Of a stretch of DNA of 54,581 bases, positions 51,879-54,581 are shown piece after piece (within the stretch, counting starts at the first letter, position 1; each line of letters starts with the position of its first letter). This DNA comes from Minisyncoccota bacterium (GTDB taxonomy: Bacteria; Patescibacteriota; Minisyncoccia; Phycocordibacterales; UBA9973), in the NCBI GenBank assembly GCA_043776915.1, contig JAYVQT010000034.1, positions 1 to 54,581 on the forward strand, in the 5' to 3' direction. The notes under the pieces are model-generated. The model saw only the letters and a program-made list of their open reading frames with translations. It was not told the origin of the DNA and made no database searches. A program made the translations under genes and the position numbers.

Positions 51879-52797
51879 GACAAATATTTACATTAATATA
51901 ATGGAGAATACTATTAACAAAATAAATACCAAACCTGTCATAGAGCACGGAACAGAAATCAAACATGAAGCTACGCTTTATGCTGAACCGATTGGCCACG
52001 TTGGCCCACTTGTCGTTACCAATTCACTGTTCACTGGCTGGATTGCTGTTTTTGTTGTTATCATTATTGCTTCTCTACTTAGATTCAAATTGAAACAAAT
52101 TCCAAAAGGTATTCAGAATTTTTTTGAAATAATTCTTGAAGGCGCACTCTCACTCTCTGATCAAGTCACTGGCAATCGTAAGGTTTCTACAAAAGTTTTC
52201 CCTTTAGTTTTTTCTATATTTCTTTTTGTGCTTATTAATAACTGGCTTGGTATCTTACCACTTGGTGGATTCGGTCTTATTGAAAGCGGACCTGAAGGAT
52301 CATCATTTATCCCATTTATCCGAAGTGGTACAGCTGATATAAATACTACACTTGCTCTGTCTCTCATGTCGGTCGTAGCTGCGAATATTTTTGGTATCGT
52401 TTCGATCGGCATCTGGAAAACATTCAATAAATATGTTAATATATCGGCGCTTGGTAGTATTGTCACCAAGGTACGCAAAGACCCTACAGTCCTTGTCGTA
52501 GCACCGGTTACCTTCTTTGTGGGAATTTTAGAGCTTATTGGTGAGTTTGCAAAGATTGCATCATTGTCATTCCGATTATTCGGTAATGTCTTTGCCGGCG
52601 AAGTGCTCCTTATGTCTATGAGTGCCATTCTCGCATACGGATTGCCGATTCCATTCTTGTTCCTCGAGATATTTGTCGGAGCAATCCAGGCGTTCATCTT
52701 TGCAATCTTGGTACTTGTGTACTTTACGATTGCGTCACAAGATCATGATGCGCACGAAGAAGGAGAACATGTACATGAAGAACTGGCCGTCACATAG
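51868..52797 (+). CDS. atpB: F0F1 ATP synthase subunit a
   Basis: Polytopic protein with the conserved Arg helix (LSFRLFGNVFAGEVL) and a C-terminal helix hairpin. The start is ambiguous (51868, 51871 or 51901). Confidence 0.88.
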   Translation: MMNETNIYINIMENTINKINTKPVIEHGTEIKHEATLYAEPIGHVGPLVVTNSLFTGWIAVFVVIIIASLLRFKLKQIPKGIQNFFEIILEGALSLSDQVTGNRKVSTKVFPLVFSIFLFVLINNWLGILPLGGFGLIESGPEGSSFIPFIRSGTADINTTLALSLMSVVAANIFGIVSIGIWKTFNKYVNISALGSIVTKVRKDPTVLVVAPVTFFVGILELIGEFAKIASLSFRLFGNVFAGEVLLMSMSAILAYGLPIPFLFLEIFVGAIQAFIFAILVLVYFTIASQDHDAHEEGEHVHEELAVT

Positions 52798-52817
52798 AAG
52801 GTCAGTAGCAAATGAAG

Positions 52818-52884
52818 CAGGAAATTTCTTTTGAAAATAGTCCTCGGACTTTCTTACCAGACTATTTTCAAAAGAAATTTCCTG
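52818..52884. repeat. Perfect 25-bp inverted repeat (hairpin, 17-nt loop) between atpB and atpE
   Basis: caggaaatttcttttgaaaatagtc (52818-52842) and gactattttcaaaagaaatttcctg (52860-52884). Verified base by base. Confidence 0.9.
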
Positions 52885-52923
52885 TAAAGTATACACATAA
52901 CGTCGAAACATTATTAATCATAA

Positions 52924-53148
<225 letters not shown>

Positions 53149-53246
53149 CACAAAGTTGGCTATTTACATCTAGTCAGTTGCTTCTATCACAAGTGACTAG
53201 GAGTAAGGAGCTCAGACGTTTTTAATAATTACAATCACTACGTACC

Positions 53247-53741
53247 ATGGATTCACTCATCACTACATTTCATATTGACTGGAAAATCATTACCGCTCAA
53301 GCGATTAACTTTGGCGTTGTCTTTTTAGTACTCTACTTCTTTGCCCTCAAGCCACTTGGCACACTTATGAAAGAGCGTGAGAATCGTATTGAGGGTGGTC
53401 TTATCGATGCCAAAGAAAATGCTCTTTTGTTGAAGAATACCAAAAAAGAATACAACGATGTCATCGCCAAAGCACGCATCGAAGCTCACGCTGTCTTACA
53501 GACTGGCCGTGAAGAAGCTGAAGCAAATAAGAAAGAAATCTTAGCTAAGACTCAGAGTGAAGTGGAAGCTATGATTGCATCTGGTAAGCGTACCCTTGAA
53601 ACCGAGAAAGTAAAAATTATTGAAGAAGCAAAGACTGAAATAGTGTCTCTTGTAGTCAAAGCCACAGAGAAGCTACTCCAATCTCATGATAATACTGAAT
53701 TCGACGAGAAAGCATTACAGAGTGTCAAGAAAATGAAATAA
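53247..53741 (+). CDS. atpF: F0F1 ATP synthase subunit b
   Basis: A single N-terminal TM helix followed by a long charged helix. Operon position. Confidence 0.85.
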   Translation: MDSLITTFHIDWKIITAQAINFGVVFLVLYFFALKPLGTLMKERENRIEGGLIDAKENALLLKNTKKEYNDVIAKARIEAHAVLQTGREEAEANKKEILAKTQSEVEAMIASGKRTLETEKVKIIEEAKTEIVSLVVKATEKLLQSHDNTEFDEKALQSVKKMK

Positions 53742-53744
53742 TAT

Positions 53745-54152
53745 ATGTCTACCATTTCTATTAACAACTTAGCACATGCAATATATGACTCTTCGAAAGG
53801 CAAAGAGGGTGAGGAGCTTGACCAACTTATAACAAATACGACTCACTTCTTAGCAGAGAAGCACTTGCTCGGCAAAGCACCTCAAGTAATCGAAGCCCTT
53901 GAGAAAATAATAAATATTGATGAAGGTATTGTTCGCGCAACGATTAGCTCGAAAGAAAAGTTACAGAAGAAAATGGTTGCTGAAGTTGAAGAGATTGTGA
54001 AGAAGAGATATAAAGCCAAAGATGTTTATCTTTCTTTTATTGAAGATAAAAAATTACTCGGTGGAATAAAGATTGAAGTCGGCGATGAAGTAATCAATAT
54101 GACCCTGAAAAACAAGCTCGATAAATTACAAAATTATTTAATTGCATCATAA
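53745..54152 (+). CDS. atpH: F0F1 ATP synthase subunit delta (short, 135 aa)
   Basis: Position between atpF and atpA. C-terminal OSCP-like motif LLGGIKIEVGDEVINMTLKNKL. Confidence 0.75.
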   Translation: MSTISINNLAHAIYDSSKGKEGEELDQLITNTTHFLAEKHLLGKAPQVIEALEKIINIDEGIVRATISSKEKLQKKMVAEVEEIVKKRYKAKDVYLSFIEDKKLLGGIKIEVGDEVINMTLKNKLDKLQNYLIAS

Positions 54153-54153
54153 T

Positions 54154-54581
54154 ATGACCAAGAATCACATTGTAGAAAATTTAAGAAAGCAGATTGAGAA
54201 ATTCCAGATAGATATCAAGGCTGAGAAAGTGGGCCACGTCATCGAAGTATTTGATGGTATCGCGCGTGTCTCTGGCCTGTCAGACCTCAAAGCATCAGAA
54301 ATGGTTAGCTTTGCCTCTGGTGCTCTGGGTGTGGCGCTCAACCTAGATGAAGACTCAGTGGGTGTCATTGTCCTTGGAGACTTTTTTAATATTAAAGAAG
54401 GTGAGGAAGTGAAATCTACTGGCCGAATTCTATCCGTCCCAGTATCAGATTTACAAATCGGCCGCGTACTGAATGCTCTTGGTGAACCGATCGATGGTAA
54501 GGGTATTATCAAAAGTACGCAATCAAATCCTATTGAGAAAGTGGCGAGTGGTGTGATGAGTCGTCAATCTGTCGATCAACC
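54154..54581 (+). CDS. atpA: F0F1 ATP synthase subunit alpha, N-terminal part (continues beyond the window)
   Basis: From ATG 54154: MTKNHIVENLRKQIEKF...GHVIEVFDGIARVSGLSDLKASEMVSF..GVALNLDEDSVGVIVLGD...GEEVKSTGRILSVPV...LGRVLNALGEPIDGKG. It is not in the ORF track because no stop falls in the window. The antisense ORF at 54165-54512 is spurious. Confidence 0.93.
   Translation, partial: MTKNHIVENLRKQIEKFQIDIKAEKVGHVIEVFDGIARVSGLSDLKASEMVSFASGALGVALNLDEDSVGVIVLGDFFNIKEGEEVKSTGRILSVPVSDLQIGRVLNALGEPIDGKGIIKSTQSNPIEKVASGVMSRQSVDQ

Noticed and set aside
52161-52697. Long antisense ORFs opposite real genes: 178 aa opposite atpB, 153 aa at 9751-10212 opposite the HK, 146 aa at 40623-41063 opposite tkt, 136 aa at 37972-38382 opposite fic, and 120-121 aa at 10942-11307 and 23351-23713
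   Set aside because: Each lies entirely within a confidently identified gene on the other strand. Their composition is low-complexity and Ser/Ile/Pro-rich, and none has a promoter, start context or recognisable motif. They look like frame-locked antisense artefacts of codon bias.
53745-54152. The short ATP synthase delta subunit (135 aa) and the compact RF1 (316 aa), considered as possible truncations or pseudogenes
   Set aside because: Both frames are intact, with conserved C-terminal or catalytic motifs (PAT and GGQ in RF1) and a normal operon context. The sizes fit general protein shortening in reduced genomes.

Overview
AT-rich, tightly packed bacterial chromosome segment using the standard code, with TGA as a stop. 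The gene content and architecture are those of a reduced genome, possibly CPR/Patescibacteria-like; that lineage call is inference only. Supporting traits are a split transketolase, an archaeal-type AspRS together with GatB, a compact RF1, and almost no Shine-Dalgarno sequences.

Core genes, in order:
- dnaK (3' end) and dnaJ.
- A polyamine-type cluster (details below).
- A membrane protein, a small protein and a histidine-kinase core.
- cysS, corA-like, rplU, recR, dnaB, trpS, aspS.
- scpA, scpB, mraY, ftsW, murG, gltX and an M23 peptidase.
- gatB, gap, rpiB, rpe, a split tkt, a PfkB kinase, class II aldolase, an FAD oxidase and a sigma factor.
- L25/Ctc, a coiled-coil transglycosylase, rpmE, prfA, an RRM RNA-binding protein, tRNA-Ile, and the start of the F-type ATP synthase operon (atpZ-B-E-F-H-A).

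The polyamine-type cluster holds an arginine decarboxylase, a deoxyhypusine-synthase-like protein, an agmatinase-family ureohydrolase, an EamA transporter, a second PLP decarboxylase and a guanidinoacetate-methyltransferase homologue.

Accessory or unusual parts:
1. A roughly 6 kb integrative element at about 27.9-34.1 kb, sitting at the 3' end of tRNA-Leu(UAA). It has a large serine recombinase whose ORF runs antisense into the tRNA, a P-loop replication-type ATPase, wHTH regulators, a TerS-like HTH protein and a secreted Cys-rich cargo protein. This is a possible phage-satellite-like island.
2. Two ORF-free, locally GC-rich structured regions flanking a PG-binding surface protein (25.75-26.45 kb and 27.7-27.87 kb).
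3. A class III Fic gene bracketed by a duplicated intergenic element.
4. The polyamine cluster, whose DHS-like and ODC-fold enzymes appear to lack the canonical catalytic Lys and Cys, and which is joined to a clear GAMT homologue.
5. Pervasive extended -10 boxes 5-9 nt upstream of ATG codons, implying leaderless mRNAs.
6. Several long perfect hairpins, including a 25-bp inverted repeat between atpB and atpE.

No CRISPR array and no rRNA were seen. All assignments come from motif recognition by eye; no searches were run.
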